Assembly (NCBI GenBank): GCA_021802105.1
Contig: JAKAAW010000003.1
Location: 1 to 54,850, forward strand
Length of the DNA: 54,850 bases
Direction: 5' to 3'
Source: Nanobdellota archaeon
GTDB taxonomy: Archaea > Nanobdellota > Nanobdellia > Parvarchaeales > Parvarchaeaceae
Part shown: positions 8,922-19,005 of the stretch, piece by piece
Layout of the letters: the number at the start of each line of letters is the position of its first letter
Numbering within the stretch: position 1 is the first letter of the stretch
The notes under the pieces: generated by a model
What the model was told of the DNA's origin: nothing
The model's input: the letters and a program-made list of their open reading frames with translations, nothing else
Databases searched by the model: none
Translations under genes and position numbers: made by a program

Positions 8922-9113
8922 TTACGGCCCAATGAAACCGCATGATCCGCACACGAATTCCACACTTCTTATCCTGCATTTACCGCATCTTGCTATGTCA
9001 TTCCCACAGCTAGGGCACTTAAACATCACTGAATCCTCTATTATTGAGATGTCCTTTCCACACGATGTGCAGAAGTGCTTTCCGACGTTCTCTTTAACAC
9101 TATCGCTTTCCAT
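8922..9113 (-). CDS. Zn-ribbon RNA-binding protein (DUF1610/COG2888-like)
   Basis: CTSC, CPSC, RCGKCR, CGSCGFIGP; conserved position upstream of EF-1beta. Confidence 0.88.
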   Translation of the reverse strand: MESDSVKENVGKHFCTSCGKDISIIEDSVMFKCPSCGNDIARCGKCRIRSVEFVCGSCGFIGP

Positions 9114-9194
9114 TGCTTAATGTATCACACTACTCTATTTATAACTTTCTATTGTGTCTGGCATATATTTAACCGTAGAGATTATTATTTCTTT

Positions 9195-9587
9195 ATGTTC
9201 GGAAGAAACGCTAAATCGCCTCTCATTCACACGGGAAAGATAAAGCAGGTTATATTGATAATAAAGAATCTCGATATGGGAACAGGCAAGATAGCCGCTC
9301 AAGCGTCTCACGCCAGCCTTGAGAGCTATTTAGAAACTATGAAAACCGACCAGAATATAGCGAGCAAATGGCTTGAAGAGGGACAGACTAAGATAGTCCT
9401 CAAAGTGAAGGACCAGACTGAAGCTGCTTCTATAAAAAAGAAGCTTAGGGAGGCAGGCATCCCGTTCAAAGCGGTAAAAGATGCAGGTCAGACACAGGTC
9501 CCACCTGGCACAGAAACGGCTATAGGAATAGGCCCTTATTATGAGACAGAGCTCGACAAAATCACAGGTGATCTGCCACTTTTATGA
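9195..9587 (+). CDS. pth2: Peptidyl-tRNA hydrolase Pth2
   Basis: KQVI..MGTGKIAAQASHA, DAGQTQ, GIGP; likely start ATG 9195. Confidence 0.93.
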   Translation: MFGRNAKSPLIHTGKIKQVILIIKNLDMGTGKIAAQASHASLESYLETMKTDQNIASKWLEEGQTKIVLKVKDQTEAASIKKKLREAGIPFKAVKDAGQTQVPPGTETAIGIGPYYETELDKITGDLPLL

Positions 9588-9955
9588 GCGCTTTGCAGTA
9601 TTCGAGTGCAAACCCCTTGCAGCTGATGTTAAACACGATATATTATGCAAACCCTGCCGTGTTCTACGTTTTTATGGCGGCGATAATGCTCGCAGTGGCG
9701 GTTACGTATTTTGAGAATCTAAAGATAGGCTTGTTGACTACTATGATATTGTCAACTTTTTTTTATGGGATAGGAATGTTTATACCTTACATTTATGTAC
9801 CACTTGCTCTGTCGCTCGCACTATTTATTCTTGACATATTCGGTTTCAGAAATGTGAGCAGATCAATAGAGAACTTCATAAATTGGATGTACTTGTCCAG
9901 AAAGATGAAGAGCACCAAACAAAGGCAGCAGCGAAAGCAAGACAAGGCAGCCTAA
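9584..9955 (+). CDS. Hypothetical membrane protein
   Basis: Three hydrophobic segments; ATGA overlap with pth2. Confidence 0.7.
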   Translation: MSALQYSSANPLQLMLNTIYYANPAVFYVFMAAIMLAVAVTYFENLKIGLLTTMILSTFFYGIGMFIPYIYVPLALSLALFILDIFGFRNVSRSIENFINWMYLSRKMKSTKQRQQRKQDKAA

Positions 9956-10038
9956 TCACGATGTACAAAAGCCGAATAAAGTCAACGTAGGCACTGGTAA
10001 ACCTTATAAATCTTTATGTAGTAGTATCATTCTATCAA

Positions 10039-10123
10039 GCATCGGTAGTCAAGCGGTAAGACACCACCCTGCCAATCTAACAGCAGTCCGGTGGAGGCCC
10101 GGGTCCGAATCCCGGCCGATGCA
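10039..10123 (+). tRNA. tRNA-Gly(GCC) with 14-nt intron at 37/38 (10075-10088)
   Basis: Acceptor GCATCGG/CCGATGC, stem CCACC/GGTGG, BHB central helix CTGC/GCAG. Confidence 0.92.
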
Positions 10124-10129
10124 ATCACT

Positions 10130-10570
10130 ATGTATTTCGACGTGGAGCTAAAAAACGAGAAAACAGACTGGAAAGCCTTTGAAAAGCAGGTAAATGACGT
10201 TTTTGAAAGCTTCGGCTACACGGCCGAGGCTGATGTAAGATTCAAAACAACGAGGCGGTTCCAGATAGACGTTGTCGCATACGATGAGAAAAGATGCTTC
10301 TTTGTGGACTGCAAGGACCATGCATATATACCGCCTTCAGAGGAGGACGAGTTCCTGCAAAAACAGAGGATAAGGGCTGAAAATCTCATAAAAATTCGAC
10401 CGGATCTAACTTATAAAAAGAAGATAGTGCTTTTAGTTACGAGAAACAGGACCAACTCTCTTCTGCAGCACTCTGAGAGTACTGGCAACATCTTTGGTGT
10501 CGATATGAGCGGGTTGAGAGAACTTCTTATTAACCTGCCTTTATATGAGGATGACCTGTTTTCTTTCTGA
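10130..10570 (+). CDS. PD-(D/E)XK restriction endonuclease-like (Mrr-type) protein
   Basis: FEKQV..F...GY, QIDVVA and FVDCK motifs. True start is ATG 10130; the longer ORF overlaps the tRNA. Confidence 0.75.
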   Translation: MYFDVELKNEKTDWKAFEKQVNDVFESFGYTAEADVRFKTTRRFQIDVVAYDEKRCFFVDCKDHAYIPPSEEDEFLQKQRIRAENLIKIRPDLTYKKKIVLLVTRNRTNSLLQHSESTGNIFGVDMSGLRELLINLPLYEDDLFSF

Positions 10571-10574
10571 ATAA

Positions 10575-11315
10575 CTATTCGATTCTGTTGGCTAGAACAA
10601 AGGAAAGTTTTACTGTCTCATCAAGGTCATAATCTAGCCTCAATGGATAATTATTTGAGAAGGACATCTTGACAGGTTTTTCTGGATCTAGGGCGTTCAA
10701 AAACTTCGTTAGGTATTCTATTGAATACTTTGACCTTGTGAGCCCTTCAGATGTGACATTGAAGAGTTCCTTATTATCGTTTATGTATAGATCCTCGGAG
10801 AATTCTTTCTCCTCGCTTCTCGCGCTGAGTATAAACTTTTGGTTATCGACGGTTAAGTAAAGTGAGTCATCAACCAAGAAACCGGCTTTTATGGCATCCT
10901 TGATGACTGAACTTAGGAGAGTGACCTCTGCAGTGAACTTCAACTGCGGCACTTTCTGCGCAGTGTAGTTCTCGTCTATAAGAGGAATGCCAAAGTGCAG
11001 CTTAGTCTTGCCACTTATATCAAGATTCATCTTGGAACCATTATCGTTTATTTTTAACTTGTCGCCTTTCTTCAGAAGTCTAAGTATACCATTCAGATCA
11101 TCGAGCGATACGGACAGTTTTGTATCTTTATCCACCTTAAAAGAGGTGAACATTTCCTTTCCGCTTTCAAAAAGGATCATCGCTATGTTAGCAGGATCCA
11201 TTGCTTTTATTGATATTCCCTGCGGTGTAAAGTCGATGGATACGTCCGCCATCAGGCTGCCGACCGTATCCATTATCCTTTTAAATAGTTCAGAGTCTTT
11301 CAGTTCAGCTTCCAT
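10575..11315 (-). CDS. pcn: DNA polymerase sliding clamp PCNA
   Basis: AMDPANIAM, SKYSIEYL, YPLRL..LANRIE motifs. Confidence 0.95.
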   Translation of the reverse strand: MEAELKDSELFKRIMDTVGSLMADVSIDFTPQGISIKAMDPANIAMILFESGKEMFTSFKVDKDTKLSVSLDDLNGILRLLKKGDKLKINDNGSKMNLDISGKTKLHFGIPLIDENYTAQKVPQLKFTAEVTLLSSVIKDAIKAGFLVDDSLYLTVDNQKFILSARSEEKEFSEDLYINDNKELFNVTSEGLTRSKYSIEYLTKFLNALDPEKPVKMSFSNNYPLRLDYDLDETVKLSFVLANRIE

Positions 11316-11643
11316 TACTTAATAAGTCTCCCCTTTGCTTTAAATAGCTATTGTATGTTTTGTAATCTTCGTCCGTTATATCCTCTATATAATCAGTCCT
11401 TATCTCTATATCATCATTTCCTGCAGGAACTACCCTACCGACGACGGTCACGAGCTGCCCCTTCCTTGGCTTCGATTCGGAGGATACGGGCGGTAGACAT
11501 GTCACATTGATGCCACTGTCCGTTATGACGAAGGTCCCTATGCTCTCATCGACTGATTCTATGCTACCGACCACTCTTATTTTAGAATCGGTTTCTTTGT
11601 TTACCGTAGCTAGTGTCCTGTCCTGTATGCTATTGCTCTCCAT
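11305..11643 (-). CDS. Small OB-fold protein (RPA small subunit-like)
   Basis: KIRVVG..GTFVITDSG..GQLVTVVGRV OB-fold pattern; likely start ATG 11643. Confidence 0.7.
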   Translation of the reverse strand: MESNSIQDRTLATVNKETDSKIRVVGSIESVDESIGTFVITDSGINVTCLPPVSSESKPRKGQLVTVVGRVVPAGNDDIEIRTDYIEDITDEDYKTYNSYLKQRGDLLSNGS

Positions 11644-11731
11644 ATATATAGTATATCTATAAGGTATGCACCTTATCTTATTTTGATATATAGATATCAA
11701 CGTTAATAAATCTTTCACGTGATTTATTAGT

Positions 11732-12334
11732 ATGCTAGATTCTAACAAAGATAGTCATGTTGATGAAGGTTTTGTATACGAACCTGCGGATGATTCTCTA
11801 TTACTTATGGAAGCTGTTAAGTATGCTAGAGGGGATGTGCTTGAACTTTTCGCGGGCAGCGGTGTTGTCGGTCTTGCCGCTGCCGAGAAGGCTAAAAACG
11901 TGATACTTGCCGATATAAATGAGGACGCTATACACATGATTAACAAACGGATAGAGGAGAAGGGCCTGGCGAACTGCAAGGCGGTTAAATCCGATCTTTT
12001 TAGCGGTCTTAATGGCAAGGTTTTTGACGTTATCTATATGAACCCCCCTTATCTTCCCGATGTCGGCAGGGGGAAAAATTCAGTGGAAAATGCCCTTGTC
12101 GGTGGTGAGGAGGGTTATGAGATAACGCTAGAAGCCCTGCACCAGTCTAGAGACCACCTTAGAAGTGATGGTGAGATTTATCTAATAATTTCTTCTGTTT
12201 ATGATGTCCGCAACGTTTATAAGGCGATAAAATCTATTAACTTTGAGTTTGAGGTTCTAAATACGAAGAAATTCTTCTTTGAAGAATTGTTATTGGTAAA
12301 AATTTATGAAGAGCGCAGGGATAGCGGTAATTGA
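11732..12334 (+). CDS. HemK2/MTQ2-family N5-glutamine methyltransferase
   Basis: VYEPADDS, ELFAGSG and NPPYLP motifs. Confidence 0.9.
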   Translation: MLDSNKDSHVDEGFVYEPADDSLLLMEAVKYARGDVLELFAGSGVVGLAAAEKAKNVILADINEDAIHMINKRIEEKGLANCKAVKSDLFSGLNGKVFDVIYMNPPYLPDVGRGKNSVENALVGGEEGYEITLEALHQSRDHLRSDGEIYLIISSVYDVRNVYKAIKSINFEFEVLNTKKFFFEELLLVKIYEERRDSGN

Positions 12335-12638
12335 CGGGCGAATGATAGTCACGGTGTTGATAAATTCCACAGTGCAGATACACAGAGTTAAGAATGTAAA
12401 CGAGGCTAAGGAGATACTTGACACAGCCAAACCTGACATTGTGGGGATGGATGAAAGCACAGCAGAAATTTATGAGGATGTAAAGTTTCAGTTCAATACG
12501 GTTAAGGTCAGGCGACTACAAAAGAACGAGATGGATTCCCTGTGCAACAGCCTTACCATGCTTAACATAATCAAAGACCAAGACAAACCTGCCATAGTAG
12601 CAGCAAGCCTAGCCCTGACTGAAAAAAGCTCTGATTAA
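12306..12638 (+). CDS. Hypothetical protein
   Basis: 110-aa ORF overlapping the upstream gene with genome-like composition. Confidence 0.6.
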   Translation: MKSAGIAVIDGRMIVTVLINSTVQIHRVKNVNEAKEILDTAKPDIVGMDESTAEIYEDVKFQFNTVKVRRLQKNEMDSLCNSLTMLNIIKDQDKPAIVAASLALTEKSSD

Positions 12639-13027
12639 GCCTGTGGAATCTGGGAGAGTATCTCACCCTTTTCAACTTTAACGAAATTAGGCACTACAAG
12701 TATATAGTCCTCGTCTATCCCGACTACCTGAGCTTCAGCTGCATCCGCGCTCCTCTTTATCTTGGATATAGTTCTCTTAAGCTCCTCTATGCCACCCTTC
12801 TCCCTTATCTCCTTTATTTTTATGAAAAGGAGTGTAGAACCAGATCTTATATCGTTAAGAACCGATCCAGAGTCCTCAAACTTTATCAATGAGAAATATT
12901 TGACATACATTTTTGCTATAGGTCTGTCTTTCTGATCGACTTCTAACTCAACGTATTCATTTGACTCTTCAAGATTCACCTTCTTCTTAAAAAGGTCCAA
13001 AAACTTATCGAACGGCAAATTTACCAT
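12635..13027 (-). CDS. sepF: Cell division protein SepF (archaeal)
   Basis: EYVEL, VLNDIRSG..LFIKI, ELKRTISKIK, DYILVVP pattern. Confidence 0.8.
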   Translation of the reverse strand: MVNLPFDKFLDLFKKKVNLEESNEYVELEVDQKDRPIAKMYVKYFSLIKFEDSGSVLNDIRSGSTLLFIKIKEIREKGGIEELKRTISKIKRSADAAEAQVVGIDEDYILVVPNFVKVEKGEILSQIPQA

Positions 13028-13209
13028 AGCACCTCACATTTTTTATTTTTTAATAATACTACTTTATGGCTCTAGTTATATTTAAATGCTTTTTACTGTT
13101 TTCAGAAAAAATCGAGTATGCCTCCTGAAGCTAATGACACCATCCTACGAATGTTTAGTGGTCCTAATATTAAATCGAATAAAAACATTGTATCCACACT
13201 TTAGAACTT

Positions 13210-13294
13210 TGCAGGGGGAGGGATTTGAACCCTCGAGGGCCTAAGCCATTAGGTCCTAAGCCTAACACGTTGGACCGGGCTTCGTTACCCCTGC
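13210..13294 (-). tRNA. tRNA-Leu(TAG), no intron
   Basis: GCAGGGG acceptor, TTAGG-ctTAGga-CCTAA anticodon arm, long variable arm. Confidence 0.95.
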
Positions 13295-13737
13295 TTTTTT
13301 CGTTTTATCTGTGCGATATCTTCAAAAGAAATTTCATTGTCGGTACTACTCGGCTCGAACGTTCCAATCACATCCTCATACAGCGAAATGCCCAGGGCAC
13401 TTTCCAGTTTTCTTACGATCTCATCCGCTGGTATTATTTTTCCATTAAATATCTTTTTAAGCTCGTACGGGGACTCTTTTATCGTCTCTGCGAGCTTTTC
13501 TATGGTCAGCTGCTTTTCGGCCACGGCCTGCTTAATCGTCTTCGGGTAATCCAGTTTTAGACTTCTTTCTATAAATCCGTAGGATTTCTGTGGCTTTCTA
13601 TCCACTTTATGCGTGTCTTCTACTTCGCATATTATTTTTCCAAAAAGAGCACATCCAGAACACACTACAAGCATAGAACCTTCTATCTCAGCTCTATAAA
13701 ATTTACCATCGGTGTAACCACACAGCTCACAGTTCAT
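13285..13737 (-). CDS. Multiprotein bridging factor aMBF1 (Zn-ribbon + HTH)
   Basis: CELCG..IEGS.LVVC..C..FG N-terminus and HTH ending KLESALGISL. Confidence 0.88.
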   Translation of the reverse strand: MNCELCGYTDGKFYRAEIEGSMLVVCSGCALFGKIICEVEDTHKVDRKPQKSYGFIERSLKLDYPKTIKQAVAEKQLTIEKLAETIKESPYELKKIFNGKIIPADEIVRKLESALGISLYEDVIGTFEPSSTDNEISFEDIAQIKRKKQG

Positions 13738-15383
13738 AATCCAAGTCCATCTAGATGTATTTCGGCAAAAGCAACTGGAAGTTCAATCCCGAATTCATTC
13801 AGTACTCTGGGATGGACTTCGCCAAGAGCTCCGATATTAACATCTCCGTAATATACTACTCCACCTCTGCCTTTTATAACCATTTTTGACAGCCCATCCA
13901 GGTCTTTTTCGTCGGATAACCTTACCTTCCCTGCGCCTACAGCCTCATTTATGATTTTCTCAAGCATAACTACTATCTCACTTATATTGGTGTCTGCGCC
14001 GCACGAAAGTATACAGAGCCTAAGCTTATTGGCAAAATCAACATCGGTATCCGCTTTTGAAACAACAAAACCTATATCAAATAGCTTCTGTGGAAATCTT
14101 TTATGTAAGTTATTTGAGACGAAGCGCAATGCCTCTGGCGTTATGTTCAATCGTGCCATCGTCGATTCCGCGCTCTTTGTTCCCAAGAAAGACGCGTAGT
14201 TGCTTGGGTCTATCCCCGTTTTCTTAAACTGATACATTTCATTCGTGAATATATTTAGATCCAGTTCCTGATAACCGAAACCAATAAGAACGTCACGCAT
14301 TAGCTCTATAGCCTGTGCGTTCTGAAGAAACTTTCCAGAGGTGTAAACCCTATTGTCATCTGCCTTTATCTTGTCAACGCCGTATACTCTCATAATATCG
14401 TCGACAATATCCACCTGGTGTGTTATATCCTGTCGATAATAGGGTGGAGTCACGGCAAGACCATCTGCTGCAGATTCTACTGCGTAATCTAGACTGGAAA
14501 GAATCGATTTTATGTCCTTTAGTGACAGTTCTACCCCAAGTAGCCTGGAAGCCTCATTTTCACTCAATACAAAGCTTGTTGCCTTGAATTTCAGGTTTGT
14601 AGTTATATTAGCATTTGAGTATTTCGGTTTCATCACACTCACAGCACCGAAGAACTGAAGATTAAACATAAGGGCCTTCGTAAGCGAATTCACACTGTCG
14701 TGATCTGTCCCCGTTATGTCGACTAGTATGGATTTTGTATCTTCAGTAAGGGATGCAAAGCCAGCGTTTATAACGGGTGGGAGGGCGAAAATCTTACCGT
14801 CCTCCTGTCTCCACACTATAGGTTTATCGTCTAGGAGGTGTCCGTACTGTCTTCCTTTCTCCGTGTCCTCGAGTATCTGTTTATAGGTCTTCTCTTCATC
14901 CGAACCCAGCGGTGCAAAAGAGACATCTTCCGTTTTAACTTCTAAATATTTTATTGGGAATTTTATCATTGAATAATCGAACATTCCTATTGCCGCCAGT
15001 TTCCTATCCCTACCTGCCACTTTATCCAACTTTTCCTGAATCATAAGCAGATCGGCCATCCTCTCACCCAATCTACCGTCAAGTTTCACATAAAGAACAT
15101 TCACGAACGGCCTATACGTACTATTGATGGTTATGTCAGCGCTTTTTGAAGAAACGGTTTCTGATCTATGGACTTTTATTCCAAGTAACTGCCCTAACAA
15201 GAAAGCGACCGAGTATTTTGAACTTAGTTCTACTCTATCGGAAGACATATCAAAATTCAGGTATTCACCGCCGCCTTCTAGGTCTATCCCGTAGCGCAGA
15301 CACAGCTCCTCATAATCCTTTCTGCTAAGACTCTTTCTCAGTATTGCATTCATTTCTTTTAGAGTAGTGTTAACCATCACCAT
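13734..15383 (-). CDS. pheT: Phenylalanyl-tRNA synthetase beta subunit
   Basis: LPPVIN, PPYYRQDI..VDIVDD and GEVHPRVL motifs; start approximate. Confidence 0.93.
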   Translation of the reverse strand: MVMVNTTLKEMNAILRKSLSRKDYEELCLRYGIDLEGGGEYLNFDMSSDRVELSSKYSVAFLLGQLLGIKVHRSETVSSKSADITINSTYRPFVNVLYVKLDGRLGERMADLLMIQEKLDKVAGRDRKLAAIGMFDYSMIKFPIKYLEVKTEDVSFAPLGSDEEKTYKQILEDTEKGRQYGHLLDDKPIVWRQEDGKIFALPPVINAGFASLTEDTKSILVDITGTDHDSVNSLTKALMFNLQFFGAVSVMKPKYSNANITTNLKFKATSFVLSENEASRLLGVELSLKDIKSILSSLDYAVESAADGLAVTPPYYRQDITHQVDIVDDIMRVYGVDKIKADDNRVYTSGKFLQNAQAIELMRDVLIGFGYQELDLNIFTNEMYQFKKTGIDPSNYASFLGTKSAESTMARLNITPEALRFVSNNLHKRFPQKLFDIGFVVSKADTDVDFANKLRLCILSCGADTNISEIVVMLEKIINEAVGAGKVRLSDEKDLDGLSKMVIKGRGGVVYYGDVNIGALGEVHPRVLNEFGIELPVAFAEIHLDGLGL

Positions 15384-15384
15384 A

Positions 15385-16911
15385 TCAATCAAAATCCTCC
15401 AACAGCCTCCTGCCTTCCATATTTCTAAGAAGATCCAGGTCCGTCAGTGCACCGTATAGCGACCTTATATCATTTATCCCGAGTCTCATAGCCAACGCTC
15501 TCTCAAGACCAAATCCCCAAGCTATTATATTTTTCTTTATGCCGAATGGATATAGGGTTTCAGGTCTAAATACTCCTGAATTCCCAACTTCTACCCACTC
15601 TTTTCTGCTCTTACTGAATGCTTGTATCTCTAAACTCGGTTCCGTGTAAGGATTATATGTTGGCTTAAGTCGTATGCCAGAAATACCTATCCTTGCGTAG
15701 AATTCTTTTATGAAGCTTACCAAATTAGCAACGGTTATGCCGTCATCATAGACTATTCCTTCTATCTGGTAAAATTCAGGCAGATGTGTTGGGTCCGATG
15801 TCTCATTCCGAAACACCTTACTTACAGAGAAATATTTCGCGGGAACTTCTTTATTCTTTGATATTTTGTCGTAAATGTATCTAAAAGTCGTAGCTGTGGT
15901 GTGACCGCGCATTATGAGGACTTTGCTTTTTTCAGTGTCAAACTTCCTATCATAACCTATTGACTTGTCATTCTTTCCGCGATAAAAACCGCTCTCATAT
16001 ACATCTTTCACGTTATCTAATAATCCCGTAGGTATCTTTGCAGATCCGCTGTTTACGTAAACAGTGTCTTGAATATCTCTATCAGGATGATTTTGTTTGA
16101 ACATCATAACATCGAAGTTCCAGAAAGCAGATTCGACGTAATTGCTCTGCATCTCCTCAAAACCCATCGACACAAGGACATTTTTGATATGCGATATAAA
16201 CTGCTTTGTTATATGTTTTTTGCCGAAAGGCGGCACCGGTGGTCTTGTATCGAGAGAATACCGCCTGAACTCTTTATCTCTCCAATCAAGTATTATTCCT
16301 GTTGTAAGTTTGTCTATTAGCTCCTTTGAGAACTTTTGTGACTTTATTACGCGCTTTCCGTCGTTGTCTATCTCCACTTTCTCGCTCTGCGAAAGTGTCT
16401 TTTCTATTATCTTCCTTTTTATAAGATCTCTCAAGTTATCATCCTCTATAATTTCCTTCCCACTGCTTATTTTTTCAAGGATATCATTTTTTGACGCTAT
16501 CGCTTCTATCTTTTTTTCATCTATATCAAATCTGCCATTGGGCTCGAATACAACTCCTGCTTTCTTAAGCTGACCGACGCCAGCACTTAGCTCGTCCGGT
16601 TTCAGCACTCTATTAAGTGCAGAATAGTTTGTGGATTTGTTTTTTAGCATCTCTCTAATTATCACATGCTCTGGCAGCCCTGTTTTAAGGTAAGTTTTAC
16701 CATTGTCTGTGAGAGAATACGCTACGCTGGCTTCAGTAACGATGCGAACAAGACCTTGATCTAAGAGTTTTCTTGCCGAGTTTAGAAGCGCTGTTTTATC
16801 TATCCCAGTAGCCTTTGATATATCTGACAGGAATTTCGGTGAATTTTCGATTTCGATAAGTATAGTCTTCTCATTTTTATTTAGAGAGGCAGCTATCTCA
16901 TCTACATCCAT
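15385..16911 (-). CDS. pheS: Phenylalanyl-tRNA synthetase alpha subunit
   Basis: WNFD..HPDRDIQDT, FRNE, YNPYTEPS and WGFGLER motifs; likely start MDVDE. Confidence 0.95.
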   Translation of the reverse strand: MDVDEIAASLNKNEKTILIEIENSPKFLSDISKATGIDKTALLNSARKLLDQGLVRIVTEASVAYSLTDNGKTYLKTGLPEHVIIREMLKNKSTNYSALNRVLKPDELSAGVGQLKKAGVVFEPNGRFDIDEKKIEAIASKNDILEKISSGKEIIEDDNLRDLIKRKIIEKTLSQSEKVEIDNDGKRVIKSQKFSKELIDKLTTGIILDWRDKEFRRYSLDTRPPVPPFGKKHITKQFISHIKNVLVSMGFEEMQSNYVESAFWNFDVMMFKQNHPDRDIQDTVYVNSGSAKIPTGLLDNVKDVYESGFYRGKNDKSIGYDRKFDTEKSKVLIMRGHTTATTFRYIYDKISKNKEVPAKYFSVSKVFRNETSDPTHLPEFYQIEGIVYDDGITVANLVSFIKEFYARIGISGIRLKPTYNPYTEPSLEIQAFSKSRKEWVEVGNSGVFRPETLYPFGIKKNIIAWGFGLERALAMRLGINDIRSLYGALTDLDLLRNMEGRRLLEDFD

Positions 16912-16965
16912 AACATAAGTATATACTTGCAACGAATATATAAACCGACTTGGAAGTAATAGAAT

Positions 16966-17487
16966 ATGATAATAGCGATAAGCGGTACGCCCGGTGTAGG
17001 CAAGAGCAAAGTGGCTGAACTCTTAGCTAGGAAACTAGGATATAGAGTTATCGAGGTGAACAGGCTTTTGGGTATACCGCATGGAAAAGAAGTGGAAGTT
17101 TCAATAAGTAAGCTTGAGAAGACGGTCGAGCACAATCTTAGTGATAATGTCGTGATTGTATCACACCTAGCGCATTTCCTACACGACAAAAGGATAAAAT
17201 ATTTCTTTGTGCTTAGATGTGAGCCCCCTGTGTTAATAAAAAGACTTAGGAGAAGAGGATACAATAACTTGAAGGTTTATGACAATGTGATGTTCGAAGC
17301 GATAGACGGCACCTATCTAGAAGCGTCTAAGTTGCATAGAAATATAATCCATATTGACAACACCAAAAATATCGACGAAACCGTAAACGCTATACTATTT
17401 TTGATTAAGAAGGGAAAAGTGCCTACACAGTTCAGCGGAGATTACAGCAAGTACATAATAAGTCTGGAGAGAGCGCTCAAAAGATAG
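16966..17487 (+). CDS. Adenylate kinase AK6/Fap7-like
   Basis: ISGTPGVGKS P-loop, SHLAH, LRC.P..L..RL.RRGY. Confidence 0.88.
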   Translation: MIIAISGTPGVGKSKVAELLARKLGYRVIEVNRLLGIPHGKEVEVSISKLEKTVEHNLSDNVVIVSHLAHFLHDKRIKYFFVLRCEPPVLIKRLRRRGYNNLKVYDNVMFEAIDGTYLEASKLHRNIIHIDNTKNIDETVNAILFLIKKGKVPTQFSGDYSKYIISLERALKR

Positions 17488-17491
17488 AGCT

Positions 17492-18151
17492 TTATCTGCT
17501 CGATTCTGCCTGTCTTTCTGTGTCTATTCTCTTAGAGATTGGGAAAACGGAATCCTGATTGTTTGCTGCTCCTACTAATATATCATGCAGAGCATCATCG
17601 GCTTTTTTACCCGAAAAAGATGACTGAAACGTCCCTTGTGCTATCCACCTGAGAGCCATGTCGAGTCTTCGTATAGGAGCAGTATCAACCTGTTTCGCTA
17701 TCCTCTGACCTGCTATCAGAAGAGACATTACCTCCTCTTTAGGCGCTGAATTTTCTATAGCTTTGACAAGAACCTGTATAGGGTTCTTCCCTTCCTTTTG
17801 TATCCTATCAAATGCGCTGTCAACTATAAGGAAGGTTGTATAGAATCTTCCTGATGCAATCTTTGACGTCCTAAGATGCTTTTTACCTTTATGACCCGGC
17901 ACCATAAGGTGTGTTATGAGTCTCTCTACGATGTTTACCCTGCTTCGCGCAAGTCTCTGCTGAGAGGTTCTACCACTGCTTTTTGGCATGAGCATAGGCT
18001 TAAGCGCAATCACTTTCGCCAGCCCAGGGTCCTTGACTTCTACATTGAAATCGTACTTACCGAAAAGCTTTATTTCAGAGATCTCTTTTTCTTCTTGCTT
18101 CTCTTCTTTCTCGTGTTTTCTCTCTTTCATAACATGTTCAGTTTCTTCCAT
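17492..18151 (-). CDS. rps7: 30S ribosomal protein uS7
   Basis: KLFGKY, IVERL, NPIQVL..AIEN and ERQAESSR motifs. Confidence 0.96.
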   Translation of the reverse strand: MEETEHVMKERKHEKEEKQEEKEISEIKLFGKYDFNVEVKDPGLAKVIALKPMLMPKSSGRTSQQRLARSRVNIVERLITHLMVPGHKGKKHLRTSKIASGRFYTTFLIVDSAFDRIQKEGKNPIQVLVKAIENSAPKEEVMSLLIAGQRIAKQVDTAPIRRLDMALRWIAQGTFQSSFSGKKADDALHDILVGAANNQDSVFPISKRIDTERQAESSR

Positions 18152-18155
18152 AATT

Positions 18156-18593
18156 TTATCTCATTGGTTTTTGTTTTCTTCCCTTTACTAGCTCCTTAAG
18201 TGCTATACCGTTTACGCTTACTATCTTAAACTTTACACCTGGGAGGTCTCCCCTCGCTCCTTTCTGCGCACCGCCTATCCTCTCTACGACGACATCATTG
18301 TGCTCATCCACAAAAGAGATTCCCTTATTCAGGGGGATGTACGCAGTGACTACTTTACCATTCTTTGTAAGTTGCACTTTACAGGACTTCCTCTTTCCAG
18401 ATGAAGGTTTCTTAGGCGTTACTTCAACCTTTTCTAGGACTATTCCTTTTGCTTGTGGTGCTCCCTCTAGTGGGTCGTATCTCTCCCAGTCCTTAAAGAA
18501 ATAGGACCTGCTTCTGTTCTTACTGAACCTCACTCTTTTCTTACGCTTCAGCAGCATCCTTCCATTAAACAAACCTCTTGTTTTATTTCCCAT
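18156..18593 (-). CDS. rps12: 30S ribosomal protein uS12
   Basis: GAPQAKGIVLEK, GDLPGVKFK motifs. Confidence 0.96.
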   Translation of the reverse strand: MGNKTRGLFNGRMLLKRKKRVRFSKNRSRSYFFKDWERYDPLEGAPQAKGIVLEKVEVTPKKPSSGKRKSCKVQLTKNGKVVTAYIPLNKGISFVDEHNDVVVERIGGAQKGARGDLPGVKFKIVSVNGIALKELVKGRKQKPMR

Positions 18594-18597
18594 AATA

Positions 18598-19002
18598 TTA
18601 TCTGATATTTACATTAGTTATATTAAAATACCTTTGCATTAGCGATTTTATCAGTTTTATCTTTGAATATGAAAGTTTTGTCTCGACGGTCACCTCAAGT
18701 TTCTTGGAATTATCCTGATCCTTTGCCACATAGCCAGAAAGCAATTTGTTTGGTCTTATCATATTTTCAAAGAGCTTAACTGGATCATCGGAGTACTCAA
18801 CGACTATTACTTCCTTTTTAAGCATCTCCTGGAGCATCTTTATCTTTGTACCGTTCTTTCCTATAGAGATGCCAGCCTGACCCTGACTTACAACGAATAT
18901 TATCTTATCGTCCTCTGTGAGGGAATCCCTCGCTGGTATGGACGTAACATCCGAAAAAACGTTCATTGCAGAGATGGTATCACTATCTAATTTTATACCC
19001 AT
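18598..19002 (-). CDS. nusA: Transcription elongation factor NusA (archaeal)
   Basis: KH motif IGKNG; position between L30e and S12. Confidence 0.92.
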   Translation of the reverse strand: MGIKLDSDTISAMNVFSDVTSIPARDSLTEDDKIIFVVSQGQAGISIGKNGTKIKMLQEMLKKEVIVVEYSDDPVKLFENMIRPNKLLSGYVAKDQDNSKKLEVTVETKLSYSKIKLIKSLMQRYFNITNVNIR

Positions 19003-19005
19003 ACT

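Noticed and set aside
10091..10129. N-terminal extension of the nuclease ORF; also ORFs 13225-13560 and 34715-34903
   Set aside because: These overlap tRNA genes and are spurious.
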